Shown one piece after another: positions 34,962 to 46,560 of a stretch of DNA of 64,000 nt. The notes beneath the pieces are model-generated. The model was not told where the DNA came from. It saw nothing but the letters and a program-made list of their open reading frames with translations, and did no database searches. The stretch spans positions 672,001-736,000 of the forward strand of contig CP067995.1 of assembly GCA_045159875.1 (NCBI GenBank), read 5' to 3'. This stretch comes from a cyanobacterium endosymbiont of Rhopalodia gibba. Its GTDB lineage: Bacteria; Cyanobacteriota; Cyanobacteriia; Cyanobacteriales; Microcystaceae. The translations under genes and the position numbers were made by a program. Position 1 is the stretch's first letter; every line of letters starts with the position of its first letter.

Positions 34962-35405
34962 TTAATAGGATATTGCCTTTTGATTATTAGAATCAGTAAC
35001 TGCCAATATCACCCCACCATCTTGAATATCAATAGGGAAATTGCCTACTAATACATTTTTAGACTGAGAAGAATTTGTTTTATTCTGTGACGTTTTTTCG
35101 GATTTTTTTTTCTTATTTTTTTCTGCTGAAAACTTAGAACTAGATTTTTTTTCTTGAGCATGAATATGATCATAAACCTTGATTAAGATCATCTTCTCGT
35201 CAACCGGTTCAAATTCAGTGGGTCGAGTGGATGATTTTTTTACTTTTGTTAACTTTTTAGCTGGATTAGCAGTTGGTTGATCAACCCCCTGTAGGGCTTT
35301 ATATCCAACTTTATAAGCAATATAAGCACTGGCTGTACTAACTCCAGACATAACTAACAAAAGTGGTATAGTCCATTTAATCGTAGAACCAACTGAGATT
35401 GTCAT
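34962..35405 (-). CDS. Conserved cyanobacterial membrane-anchored hypothetical protein, apparently C-terminally truncated
   Basis: N-terminal hydrophobic helix followed by GYKALQGVDQP. Broken coding-like sequence (SSSLMNNMKSLSI..LTDY*EQKINL) continues past the stop to about 34800. Confidence 0.6.
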   Translation of the reverse strand: MTISVGSTIKWTIPLLLVMSGVSTASAYIAYKVGYKALQGVDQPTANPAKKLTKVKKSSTRPTEFEPVDEKMILIKVYDHIHAQEKKSSSKFSAEKNKKKKSEKTSQNKTNSSQSKNVLVGNFPIDIQDGGVILAVTDSNNQKAISY

Positions 35406-35553
35406 AATTAATAATTGAGTCAATATATCAAAAAAACGAAAGAAAACCGTTAAACAACGCTGACCCTAGACCACTATACGAGTTACAATAGAGGTATACT
35501 CTAACAATGAGCAAGTCAACCAAGCAGTCGACTTCTTATAAATTAGGGGACAT

Positions 35554-35626
35554 CCAGGGTTGGCCGAGCGGTTGAGGCAGCAAACTCATAATTTGCCCCA
35601 GGCAGGTTCAACTCCTGCACCCTGGA
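35554..35626 (+). tRNA. tRNA with CAU anticodon, probably tRNA-Ile2 (lysidine-modified)
   Basis: Cloverleaf CCAGGGT...GCAAA-CTCATAA-TTTGC...GCAGG-TTCAACT-CCTGC-ACCCTGG-A. It lacks the initiator GGG/CCC anticodon stem and resembles plastid trnI-CAU. Ile2 rather than elongator Met is an inference. Confidence 0.9.
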
Positions 35627-36162
35627 CTTAAACCCTTCCTCGTTTTTGAGAACTAATCGTAGTTTGTTGCATTGTGATGTCACTTTCAGCATAAAGATAG
35701 TTGGCTTATAGAATAGGTAAGAGAGGTTATATTGTACCGAAATATTAACAATATTGTGTAGATTCAAGGCAAAGGCCCCCGAGTGTGCCATTTTCTAGAT
35801 TAAAGCATCCCAGTACACAGTTTCGAAGATTTTATCGTTGTTAATTCTCGATTATATTCTTTAACTCCTGATAAAATTTAGTTAATAGAAGAAACATCCC
35901 GTAATTGTTTAATACTCTAGATTTGTTGTCAGGTTGTTTGGTAATCCTCAAATTAAACTTAAGCTCAGTCCAGAGGCTTTGACTTCATCAAAAGTATGGT
36001 TCAATCAAAAATTGGCCCATACTTTAGTTGTAAAGGATCTTGGCTAGGGCATGGCTTAATTTTAGCGAAAGTTCAAGCTATAGACTTAAATGTTTAGCTT
36101 TTAAGTCGCAACATTCGGCTCTAAAGACATCATTGTTGATAATTTTTCCTTAGGCTTTTGCT

Positions 36163-36768
36163 ATGCAATCTAATTCTATTAATACTTTTTGTGTTGGAAC
36201 AGCTGATTTATCTGTATTGCGTCAATATCTCTTAAGCTTATTCGTTAATCATGCCTATGCTGAAGGTGATTTTTTATTATCGTCCCAACAAAAAAGTGCC
36301 CACTATATCAATGGAAAACAAGTAACCCTGAGAGCTGAGGGAGCTGTGATAATTGGTCGATTGTTATTATCCATGTTACCTGAAGATACCCAGGGGGTAG
36401 CGGGTTTAACCTTGGGAGGCGATCCCATTGTTACTAGTGTTATTACAGTTTCTGCCTATGAAAACTGCCCTATTTCTGCTTTAATCGTCCGTAAAGAGGC
36501 TAAAGGACATGGGACACAAGCTTATATTGAGGGTCCAACCCTCGAAGAGGGAGCTAAGGTTGTGGTCTTAGAAGATGTGGTAACGACAGGTAAATCTGTT
36601 ATCTTAGCGGTGGAACGGTTACGAGCTGTGGGTTATAAAGTTGATAGAGTCATTGCTCTCGTAGATCGTGAACAAGGAGGGGCTGTTCATTGTCAATCCC
36701 AAGGACTGGAGTTTAAAGCTGTTTTTTCGATTACAGAACTTCAAAAAATTTATCGAGAAAAGTTCTAA
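36163..36768 (+). CDS. pyrE: Orotate phosphoribosyltransferase
   Basis: YINGKQVTL, VRKEAKGHGT and the PRPP-binding VVLEDVVTTG motif. Confidence 0.96.
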   Translation: MQSNSINTFCVGTADLSVLRQYLLSLFVNHAYAEGDFLLSSQQKSAHYINGKQVTLRAEGAVIIGRLLLSMLPEDTQGVAGLTLGGDPIVTSVITVSAYENCPISALIVRKEAKGHGTQAYIEGPTLEEGAKVVVLEDVVTTGKSVILAVERLRAVGYKVDRVIALVDREQGGAVHCQSQGLEFKAVFSITELQKIYREKF

Positions 36769-36854
36769 TTGTAAATGGTCATATAGTTGTATAGTGCAAT
36801 ATCACGGTTAAGATAGAAACAAGGAAATACAAACCAAAGGAGCATAAATTGTCC

Positions 36855-37286
36855 ATGAGGATATTACACACCATGCTACGGGTTAATGACCTGAACGAAT
36901 CACTCAAGTTTTATTGCGATATTTTAGGAATGAAATTGCTACGCCAGAAAGATTATCCAGGCGGCAAGTTTACTCTAGCCTTTGTAGGATATGGAAATGA
37001 GTCTGAAAATACGGTTATCGAATTAACCTATAATTGGGACGTGGATTCCTACGAGCTCGGAAATGCCTACGGACATATTGCCCTAGGAGTTAATGATATC
37101 TATAAAACCTGCGAAAAAATCCGAGAACTTGGAGGGAATATTATCCGCAAACCAGGACCGATGAAACATGGTTCAACAGTCATTGCTTTTGTTGAAGATC
37201 CCACTGGTTATAAAATTGAGTTAATTCAATTAAGTTCCCACAGTTCAACCCAAAAAGAAACCTCACTAGGAAATGCTAACCCTTAA
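36855..37286 (+). CDS. gloA: Lactoylglutathione lyase (glyoxalase I)
   Basis: [21 protein letters not shown] and [10 protein letters not shown] motifs. Confidence 0.96.
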   Translation: MRILHTMLRVNDLNESLKFYCDILGMKLLRQKDYPGGKFTLAFVGYGNESENTVIELTYNWDVDSYELGNAYGHIALGVNDIYKTCEKIRELGGNIIRKPGPMKHGSTVIAFVEDPTGYKIELIQLSSHSSTQKETSLGNANP

Positions 37287-37417
37287 TGACAATTGATAAA
37301 TCGTCTTAGTTTTTTTGCGTAAGGTGGGTTTTCACAACTAGATTTAATATCATTATTAATACAATTCCCACTATAAAAAACAAAGCTTTTAGTGTTTGTA
37401 AACAATTAAACACTTGA

Positions 37418-37726
37418 TCATTGATCACGTTGATAATCTTGAAGAAGGTCTATTAAAGTTGCCTGACATTGAGTCGATAACAAATCTATTAGAGAAACTT
37501 CGAGTTTTCCTCCTCCTAAAGAGATCTTGATATCACGAAGTATGGATAATACTTTCTCTTCGCTTAATTCGTAGTTTGCTATGAGAGGATAGACCTTTTC
37601 CGCCACCTTGGTATGGAGATGGGCTTCTGCAAGATAGAGATGCCATTTTGTGATCTCGATATAGACGCTTTCACCAATTTTGGCAGCGAGGGTTTCAATT
37701 GCTTGGGTAGTAGTGAAATTAGCCAT
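37418..37726 (-). CDS. DUF3181-like conserved cyanobacterial protein
   Basis: IETLAAKIGESVYIEITKWHLYLAEAHLH and ISLGGGK pattern. The ATG at 37726 is preferred. Confidence 0.75.
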   Translation of the reverse strand: MANFTTTQAIETLAAKIGESVYIEITKWHLYLAEAHLHTKVAEKVYPLIANYELSEEKVLSILRDIKISLGGGKLEVSLIDLLSTQCQATLIDLLQDYQRDQ

Positions 37727-37979
37727 AAGATTCTTTAGAATGATCAGCGACCACCCCAGTATTAAGTGAGATGACCTAACAACTAACAATATTATCGCTT
37801 AGACCTCGGTAAACCAAGTAATCCGAGTCTACCCAACTTATTGAACATTGTAAACAAACTAAACGTCAGAGTTAAATAGCGAGGAAAATTCCGACAAAAA
37901 CCGCATAATTTATTCGAGCATCGAGGCTACAGAACTCAGGAGCAGTTCGATCAGGGTTACGAGACTGGTAAGAAAGTAT
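37719..37979 (-). pseudogene. Small 2TM-domain protein remnant
   Basis: SRNPDRTAPEFCSLDARINYAVFVGIFLAI/NSDV*FVYNVQ*...ADHS. Matches a remembered PRKPDR..RRLDDRMNFAVHV..NSGLWF family; start codon decayed to ATA. Confidence 0.65.
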
Positions 37980-39108
37980 AAAAAATAATTCAGTAATTAG
38001 TCGATGATAACTATATTGACATTGAATTTTACCAATAGTCTTCTCTAAAACTTATCCTGGGGATAGTGTATCAAGCTTGATTCAAAATTTAAGCTTTTGA
38101 TATTTTTTTAGGATAAGTTCCTTGATTTTTATATCTCTTAGTGCAACCTCGATAGTACCAGTTTGAGGGTTAATTCAAAATTATAAACTTTTTTTAAATA
38201 ATCTTAATTTTATGAAATTAAGATTATTTTCTTCATAGCTCCTTTAGAGAATTCTATATGAATATTTTAAATGATAGGAGTTTTTTCATTTTCATTGAAT
38301 TTAATAAACAGGGATTTCATCCTATGCCTGATAATTCTTCACTTATACTAAGCCATTGCGAAAGCCGTCCGTTTTCTAAAAGCATCTGGTGATTACAAAA
38401 ATTATCTATACCACTATCACTCATTTTCAAATTTATTTAAACTCATTAAAACCATTTAATTTTGTTAAATTTTAAGTAAGGATTGTAATCTAGTTATTAT
38501 ACTCTCTATTAGCTCAGTTATTTTATTAAAATTACTAAATAATTAAGTCTTGAAGACTGTCAAGTCGATCAACTAAAATATTATGGTGATTACCAATTGA
38601 GTAGTTTCCAATAACAGCGTTGGGTCAACCAGCTAATTATGTCTTTATCAGTTACTCAATTTAGCGTTTTATTGATTGCCTAATTAAGGTTTATAAAATC
38701 ACTATATTTTTGAGGTTATAAATATAATTTAACTTTTTATTAAAAGTTATTAATAAAATTTAAATAAGAAAAATAAAGAAATATAATATTATTTATCCTC
38801 ATGTACATTTCATTAGAGATCTTACTTTTTTAGCTTGATCAACCGGTTAATTATCTATTACCATATAGACTTCTGGACACAATCATAGTATCAGCCCTTC
38901 TATTCCATTAGTGAGAAAAACTTTTTTATTTATTCATTATTTAAAAAGTTCTAAAAAGTTAAATGGAACAAGCATTCCAATTAACATGATATTTTTTCCT
39001 CAATTATTGGAACATGTTTTATAAGTCCGTTTTCCTATAACTACCCTGAAAAAGTTACGAATCATGGCCAGCCCAATTCTAGTTTCTTCAATGAAAACTA
39101 GGTCTGAA

Positions 39109-39146
39109 AGTTGAGGTTGTTCAAGTGTAGTTGAACAACCTCAACT
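39109..39146. repeat. Perfect inverted repeat, 16-bp arms, 6-nt loop
   Basis: AGTTGAGGTTGTTCAA-GTGTAG-TTGAACAACCTCAACT. Confidence 0.93.
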
Positions 39147-39262
39147 CAAAGTTTAAACCTCATCTGTGTAAGCTTCCGAGGCATAAAGTATTTTCTAGAG
39201 TTAATTTCAATTTTTAGACAAAACGACACACGGTAGAAATCTTAACTGTAATACTTACTTTC

Positions 39263-39721
39263 TTGTGTAAGCAAGTTCTTAGTTATTACAAAAGGATATC
39301 TTTACCCTATCAAAGTGATTATTCAACGATATTAAGTTATTCTTCTCCCTTTCTCGAACAGCTCGACGTTGACAATTTGTTAAATTTAGAATTTACCCCT
39401 TCCCTAGAGGAAACTCAGATTCTTATTGCCAAAAATTATAAAATCCGTCGTAACTTACTCATCAAATTTCAAAAAGATGATATCGATGAAACTTTAGTCT
39501 TAAACCCTAAGCTACAAGAAAAATTTTTGAATATGGTTGCTTTATTATGTCTTTCCAGGAACTATTTAACCCCTTTAAGATAAAAATTCCAGTAGCGAAC
39601 ATAAATCTTTTTGTCTCTCTTAGATGCGGTAGTACAATGGATAAAATGTAATTCATCTCGTAATTTATATAAACTTAAATAGGAAGTTTTACGCTGGTTA
39701 AACCCTGAACGAGTCTATTAA
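39263..39721 (+). pseudogene. DUF1350-like protein, C-terminal remnant
   Basis: EFTPSLEET..RRNLLIKF..DDIDET..LTPL, then past several stops LDAVVQW..LYKLK*EVLRWLNP. The N-terminal half is not recognisable. Confidence 0.7.
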
Positions 39722-39929
39722 TACTAGATTATAAATCTATCGTAAATTTTTATATTTTATGCCAAGTGGATAATCTTGATTATTTTTTATTAATTTTTTG
39801 TGGGCAAAAATAGCTTAGACATTAATCTTTGTAAGAGTCTGCTTCTAAAATAGAAAAGTATATTCCAAGACTGAATACTCCTTTTTTTAAAAAAAATTTT
39901 ACATTCACCAGTCCGTTTCTTTTCTTGAA

Positions 39930-39979
39930 ATCAACTATTATTGATTCTATCTATATAGATAGAATCAATAATAGTTGAT
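39930..39979. repeat. Perfect 50-bp palindrome, no loop
   Basis: ATCAACTATTATTGATTCTATCTAT/ATAGATAGAATCAATAATAGTTGAT. Confidence 0.95.
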
Positions 39980-40225
39980 AAATATTTGAAAATGTGTTTA
40001 TATATCCGTTGAGTTTCAAGAGATTGAACTAGCTATTTATCGTCCCATTATGAGTATTTTATTAAACAGTAAATTTTGAAAAATAGGCGATTAGAATAAT
40101 AATATTATTTTCAACTATTTTTTTAAAAATTAAAATTTTTAAATTTTTAAATTTTTAAAAAAATACTTAAAATTAACTATATCCTAATCTTATACTTTTA
40201 ATATTTTAATTTATGACCGCTACTC

Positions 40226-40260
40226 TTAAACATAATCTATCTCAGATAGATTATGTTTAA
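40226..40260. repeat. 35-bp palindrome, 17-bp arms, 1 central base
   Basis: TTAAACATAATCTATCT-C-AGATAGATTATGTTTAA. Confidence 0.94.
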
Positions 40261-40787
40261 AAAAGGATTTATCTAGATAATTTTATTAAATTTATTTGAT
40301 GAACAAGAAGTTATCTCATTCATCTATAAAGTAATTTTTTTATTAAAAGTTACTAAAATAGTGAATGTTATATGTAACTAGGTAAATAGGTCTAAGTAAA
40401 TGCCAGTAAAGTAAATTATTTTATATCTCTATATTCAGAGTTATCTGGATAACATATTTGACAAATATTTTTTTAAAAATTTTAATTAATTCTTATTTAT
40501 TTTTGAATATATTTCTAGTAGTTTTAGACTAAATTTAATCGTAAAAATACATTATTAATAATAGAAAAATAATCCAGATATAAACAATAAATATAAACTT
40601 TATTTAGTTCCGTATATTCGTTAAATAGAACCAAAAAATAAGCATCTAAAAAAATAATAATTATCTGGATTCAAGAAGATGGTATTTCTTTTAAAAAGAA
40701 TCTTATCGGCAGATTGTAAAAAATAGTTAATTTTAAAAAAGTCAAAAATATTAAAAATTTTTATTTTTAATAGAAAGGAGATAACCA

Positions 40788-40840
40788 ATCTTTGTCAACT
40801 GATAAACTAATTTAAAATTAGTTTATCAGTTGACAAAGAT
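40788..40840. repeat. 53-bp palindrome, 26-bp arms, 1 central base
   Basis: ATCTTTGTCAACTGATAAACTAATTT-A-AAATTAGTTTATCAGTTGACAAAGAT. Confidence 0.95.
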
Positions 40841-41605
40841 GAACAGACATAGAAGACAAGATTACTTATAAAGGCTCAGAGAAGTAAAAGGATAAAAAAT
40901 ATATCGTTTTAAATCAAAAAAATAAGTAAATATTTACATTTAAAAGTAAAAAAATATATTTAAAATATACATATATTTTTTATAAACCTACAGTAGGATT
41001 GGAGTCAGTAAAAAAAAATGAGACTCAATCAGTTACTTTCCTTCTTGGAAGTCAATTTTAAAATTTATATTCATAAGATGATTTTACTTATTATTGTGAA
41101 GATATGATCTACTTATCCTATTTTTAACTTTGTAACTCGTTTTATGGAAATAATATGTTCGAGTCTTAAACTATAATTAGAACAAGATAATTTTAAAATT
41201 TTTTATATTACTCAAGAAATCAAGAAGTTTAAAAATAATATTGATATGGTGTTAGCCTCATTTAAGTTGTTAAAATAAACAATTTTAACAACAAGAATTA
41301 AAGCTGAAGATGATGGAAAATATTTATAAAAATTATTAAATTTATTTTTCTGATTTTTGCAGATAACAAACTAGTATAATATACAGAAATTATGGCTTTT
41401 CTAGACTATATCTAGTAAATCAGTAGCTAACAACTTCTAAGACTTTCATCATAATTATGAATGTGTTCTACAACTCCGAAAACCTGATTTTCATGGGAGT
41501 CAAGCTTTCGTCATTCCGGAAACCTTACAAAGGAATACTTTTAGCTTCTACTTATTAAGATTTTGTTACGCTTCGTCTAAAAAAGTCATAATTTTTTCCT
41601 TAATT

Positions 41606-42805
41606 TTACTCTTTCCAAAGCCCTATTTTTTTTAGCTTACCCCGTAATTCTTCAGCTTCTTTATAAGAATTTTGCTCCTCGTAAAGACTAACCGCTTTTT
41701 TAAAATTTTCTATACTTCTAAGTATTTGTTTTAACTTAAATAAAACCACCCCTAAATTTTGATAAGCAGCTGCATAATTTGGACTCAAAGACAATAACTT
41801 ATTGTAAATTAGTTCTGCATCAGCTAATTTACCCATAGCACTAAGGCTCATGGCAAAATTATAATATCCTGTAATAAAACTTGGATCTATTTGTATAGTT
41901 GTTTCATAAACTTTAGACGCACTTTTTAAGTTTCCCATAGCTTGTAAAACAACGCCTAAATTATTGTAAGCTCCTAATTTCAAGGGAGGCATTATTTTTT
42001 GATCCAGAGCTTTTTGATAATGTTTAACAGCCTTATTATTATCTTGTTGCCTTGTATAAGCATTACCTAAATGGTAATGTAGCTCAAATAAAACATGAGA
42101 ATTAGCCTTATTAGATTTTAATGCTCGCTTTAGTAATTTTATTCCTGCTCTTTCTTCGTTCATTTGTAAATAGAGTGCGCCGAGTTTACTACAAGCATAG
42201 GGATCATTGGGGTGGTCTTTGATAAAATTTTCCATTGCTTGTCGCGCCCTTTTATCTTTATCTAAGGAAACAATAGTTTTAGGATGATAACCATAATGAA
42301 ACACCGCTATTGCCGGAAGTTCCATAATTTTCCATTGAGATTCTCGTTTTAATAACTGAGTAACACTGTCATCAATAATGGCATGGTAAGGACGAGAAAA
42401 TTTAACTGCTGGATGCTTCCGAAATAACCGGGATACCAAAGAGTAAGGAGACTGAGACGCACCAATTTCATGACGAACTAAATTAATTACTAAATTATTT
42501 TTATCAGCGATTGCCTCTCTAACTTGAGAGGCAATTTTTCGGTTAAATACCTCGTCAGCATCTAGAACTAATACCCAATCCCCAGTAACATGACTAAGGG
42601 CTACATTGCGAGCAATAGCAAAATCATTACACCATGTAAAAAAAGAAACTTTTGCCCCAAATTTTTTAATAATTTCTACAGTTTTATCAGTTGATCCGGT
42701 ATCTATTACCACCATTTCGTCTACAATATCTTGAACGCTTTCTAGACATGTAGCTAAGGTTTTTTCTTCATCTTTGACTATCATGCAGAGACTGAGTTTT
42801 GTCAT
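41606..42805 (-). CDS. Glycosyltransferase family 2 with C-terminal TPR repeats
   Basis: LSLCMIVKDEE, DTGSTD, FAIARN and LDADE motifs followed by several TPR repeats. Confidence 0.9.
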   Translation of the reverse strand: MTKLSLCMIVKDEEKTLATCLESVQDIVDEMVVIDTGSTDKTVEIIKKFGAKVSFFTWCNDFAIARNVALSHVTGDWVLVLDADEVFNRKIASQVREAIADKNNLVINLVRHEIGASQSPYSLVSRLFRKHPAVKFSRPYHAIIDDSVTQLLKRESQWKIMELPAIAVFHYGYHPKTIVSLDKDKRARQAMENFIKDHPNDPYACSKLGALYLQMNEERAGIKLLKRALKSNKANSHVLFELHYHLGNAYTRQQDNNKAVKHYQKALDQKIMPPLKLGAYNNLGVVLQAMGNLKSASKVYETTIQIDPSFITGYYNFAMSLSAMGKLADAELIYNKLLSLSPNYAAAYQNLGVVLFKLKQILRSIENFKKAVSLYEEQNSYKEAEELRGKLKKIGLWKE

Positions 42806-43307
42806 GGTTTTTTCTTTTTTAACTATTTTTTACTAAGGAAACTGATTAATTTTATCTCTTCTATAAAAGACAATTTATTTATTACAAATTCAAGCACAAT
42901 TGACCGTTAGTCAATTACCATTTAGAGTAAATTTATCTAAGTCTAGCAAAATATTTATATGCTAAATTAAGGGATTTCCTCCGTTGTCATTTTTTAGTTA
43001 TTGGGTTATCGTACTTATCTTCAATTTTAATATAAAGAAGTATTAAGTGTAGAAAAAAAATGTTACGATATTTGCTTTAGTCTTACGTGTTAATATTTTC
43101 TGGATATATACCTTTCTTTCTCCTTTCTCCTTACCGTAATTAAGATCTTCTTATATCTCCCATATTTCTAGATTATTTTCAGTTTATCCCCCAAGAGGAA
43201 ATATTGGGTTAGTAGAAGTTTTAAGTCTAGAGCTCACTGACCATAGAAGTTTTAGCTCTCACTTAATTACAAATCAAATTGAAAGGTTTATAGTCGAGGC
43301 TAGAATT

Positions 43308-44320
43308 ATGGTAGCGACTCCCGAAAGACAACATCAACGTTCCATGACCAGGTTTTCGCATGGCAACGTTGTAGGTGGGGTATGGAAAGGTAAAAAGTAA
43401 CAAAGATTTTGCTGATTACAACGAACAAGTATTGAACTGAATTAACTGCCAATTTGCGCTAGTTTCCATCTTAGTTTATCTCTATATAGCTAAATTATTA
43501 GCTATATAGAATTTTCAAAAACGGTAACATAACCATTATCATTCCACTTCTTATCATAACTTATTATTAAACCAAAAAGATCTTGTCTTGAGGAAAAATC
43601 ACGAAAAAAATTGGACAATTACATTCAAGTTTTTAAAGCATTTAACTCTTGTAAACTTTTTCTTTCTCATCAAGTTTTAGAGAAAATTAAAGTTTAAGAA
43701 TTGTATAAAATTCTGATTGACTATTTTATTAGTAGTCGCTTCTATTGTTACCAGCGAAATTGCTATTGAACCGGGAAATAACACGTCAGGGAATATTTTT
43801 CTTACAAGAAACCTACCTATATTGGCTCGATGGACAAAATGCTCGAAGTTCATTTTGCGAAAAGTTTATCCAAAAAATATCTTCCTTCCTAAATTGCGAT
43901 TATCTTGATCAATCATGGTTGGCCCAATGAAGCAAAAGGGTTTACTTCTGGAATTGACGAAAGTCAGACTTTATATAACTTGGTCAAAGAACGATTAATT
44001 AATCATTTTCTTCTAATTTCTGTAGATTGGTTAAACTATCAAACCTACATAATTAAATATACGCAACCTAATGCAGATTTAGCTGTCATTAATTTTATTA
44101 ATCTGTTAATTAATTTAGAGACGAATTGATTTTATTTAAGGGAAGATACTTCATGCTGACGAATATCTGGAATTTTTTCAAATGGCAGTAGATTGGGCAG
44201 ATATTCATATTGCTGACTTGTCGAATGAGCAAGCATTAACGATAAATCCTTACATTAGGGTTAGGAAATTTGAAGGTCAACAACAATGATGACTAGCAAT
44301 ATGATGATCATCATCACTAA
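43308..44320 (+). pseudogene. Ferrochelatase-family (HemH-like paralog) pseudogene
   Basis: Fragments MVATPE, GYGKVKS..DFADYNEQVLN, QVFKAFN, LLVVASIVTSEIAIE, ILINHGWPNEAKGFTSGIDESQ and TQPNA, plus a His-containing tail. Multiple stops, frameshifts and deletions. Confidence 0.75.
43481..43510. repeat. Perfect inverted repeat, 13-bp arms, 4-nt loop, inside the ferrochelatase-like remnant
   Basis: TCTATATAGCTAA-ATTA-TTAGCTATATAGA. Confidence 0.88.
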
Positions 44321-44668
44321 TTTAATAGTTTTCTCAGAAAACTAAGCATTGTAAAATAATCCTAGTTATTTAAAACAGGGAAAAATCAATAAGTTATATT
44401 ACTACGCACAAAGCAGAAATTATTAAGTAAGAGTGAATAGTTATTAACCTCTATTTGTAGTTATAGTTATGTCTTAAAACTCGTGCCGGTGAGCTACGTA
44501 AGATTTCTACTTCATCAGGCTCGTCTAGTTTCCAGCTAGTTCTTATGAAAAACGCAATACTTCCGTCCACACGGATCTGTTCTCAACATTTGTTTAAAGT
44601 CTATTGACTGCTCGACAACAAACTGAAGTATTTTTAGAGTATGTCAAGTATTCGGATTTTCTTCTAAA

Positions 44669-46264
44669 TCAAACTGATAAAGGTCGGTAGACTCGATAGT
44701 TAATTTCAGGAAAAATATTATCAATATTCTCGACTTTTTCTAACCAGCCTGAGTCAACTTTTTGTGCCTTAACATCATCATAAATTTTTTTAAACCGAAG
44801 TAGATGTGATCGCGTACGACGAACTGCATAAGGAACCATGGTTCCTGTCCGCATAATAAATGCCCAGTCAGAAGATTGAGCCAACAGTAATTCTCGCGCA
44901 GCCTGATTTAACGCTCTCCATTGTAACTTATCAGAAGGTTCTAGGCGACTAAGTTCAATCATTCGTTCTGTCGCTTTGTGAAGATGAGGATAAATCCAAG
45001 CATTGGTATGATTTAACCAGTATTCATGAAAACCCTTATAACCCCAACTCGACTGAGAAGGACGACAGACTTGTTGAGTAGGATTATCCTGTAAATACTC
45101 CGCTAAATGGGTCATATTAAAAGTGTTTTGATCGTACCAAGCCTTACGGAAAAGATAATCAATAAACCAAGGTCCTTCATACCACCAGTGACCAAACAAC
45201 TCTGCGTCATAGGGAGAAACTACAATAGGGGGACGTTGCATGATTGCCGCTAAATTGCTTATTTGTTGTTCCCGATTGTGCATAAAGTTCCCCGCGTGTT
45301 CTGCGGACTTCTGCCGTGCCCAGTAGGGGTCATAGAGAGTCTTATCTGAAAGTCCCGCCTGACGACTGGTAATTTTATGGTATTTGATGCCTGTATTTTT
45401 CCGTTGACCGTTAGGCATAATATAAGGTTTGATATACTCGTATTCAGCTTCCCAACCTAAATCTTTATAAAATTCTCTATATTCAGGATCCCCTGGATAA
45501 CCTACCTTAGAAGACCATACTTGCTGAGAGGATTCATCATCTCGACCAAAGGCTGCTACCCCAGTTTCTGTAAAGATAGGAGCATAGGTTCCGTAACGGG
45601 GGCGAGGACGAGCAGATAAGATACCATGGCCATCTACCAGAAAGTAACGTAAGCCAGCATCGGCTAACATTCTTTCTACTCCCTCATAATAGGCACATTC
45701 AGGTAACCAAATTCCTTGAGGGGGACGGCCAAAGTTTTCCTCATAATGCTCACAGGCAACCTTAATTTGTGCCCAAACTGCTTCGGGATACATTTTCATC
45801 AAAGGAAAATAGCCATGAGTCGCACCACAAGTGATAATCTCTAAGTTATGGCTATCAAAGAATTGTTTAAAAGCAAGGACCAAATCGCCGTTGTAACATT
45901 CCCAAATTTCCCGAATTTGAGCAAATTCTCTAGCATAATATTCAGCTAAATAACGAAGATGTTCATCATGTTCGTTGCGAACAATCTCATTTTCGATCAG
46001 TTCTTGTAACCGAGCTAGATGTTTATCGTAGCGTTTTTGAAGTAAGGGATCTCTGAGCATAGAAACCAAGGGAGGTGTCATGCTCATAGTCATTTTAAAG
46101 TCAATTCCGTCCCGTTTTAACCCTTCAAAAGCATAAAGGAGGGGAATATATGTTTCTGTAATAGCTTCGTAGAGCCATTCTTCCTCTAAAACATAGTCAC
46201 TTTCAGGATGACGAACAAAAGGTAAATGAGCATGGAGGACGAGGGCAACATAGCCAAGAGCCAT
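44669..46264 (-). CDS. Glycoside hydrolase family 57 (branching-enzyme type, DUF1957 C-terminus)
   Basis: LHAHLPFV, EAITETYIP, GIWLPEC, PYDAELFGHWWYEG and QSSDWAFI motifs; ATG at 46264. Confidence 0.93.
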   Translation of the reverse strand: MALGYVALVLHAHLPFVRHPESDYVLEEEWLYEAITETYIPLLYAFEGLKRDGIDFKMTMSMTPPLVSMLRDPLLQKRYDKHLARLQELIENEIVRNEHDEHLRYLAEYYAREFAQIREIWECYNGDLVLAFKQFFDSHNLEIITCGATHGYFPLMKMYPEAVWAQIKVACEHYEENFGRPPQGIWLPECAYYEGVERMLADAGLRYFLVDGHGILSARPRPRYGTYAPIFTETGVAAFGRDDESSQQVWSSKVGYPGDPEYREFYKDLGWEAEYEYIKPYIMPNGQRKNTGIKYHKITSRQAGLSDKTLYDPYWARQKSAEHAGNFMHNREQQISNLAAIMQRPPIVVSPYDAELFGHWWYEGPWFIDYLFRKAWYDQNTFNMTHLAEYLQDNPTQQVCRPSQSSWGYKGFHEYWLNHTNAWIYPHLHKATERMIELSRLEPSDKLQWRALNQAARELLLAQSSDWAFIMRTGTMVPYAVRRTRSHLLRFKKIYDDVKAQKVDSGWLEKVENIDNIFPEINYRVYRPLSV

Positions 46265-46560
46265 AATAATTCCGACGATTTTACAATTTAAGTTTTTTTG
46301 GTTGAACTTTAAGAACAAGTATCATAGATTTTATACTATCTTTAGATTCTAAAATAGAAGGAGCATCAAAAAAATTATTTATACATCTAGTGCGCCTTCT
46401 TCGATTATCTTTATCTGATGGGTGTCAGTCGGAGAGATTTGGCTTTCTAACTTAATTGTCTGATTATGCCAATAGACATTAGAATCAATCCAATTCGGTG
46501 TCTTCAAGTCCTGTTACCGATCAACTTGTTTACCTTGTAAACCTATAGTTTTGACTTCCA

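Noticed and set aside
35543..35791. 82-aa minus-strand ORF
   Set aside because: It overlaps the CAU tRNA in antisense and has no recognisable motif.
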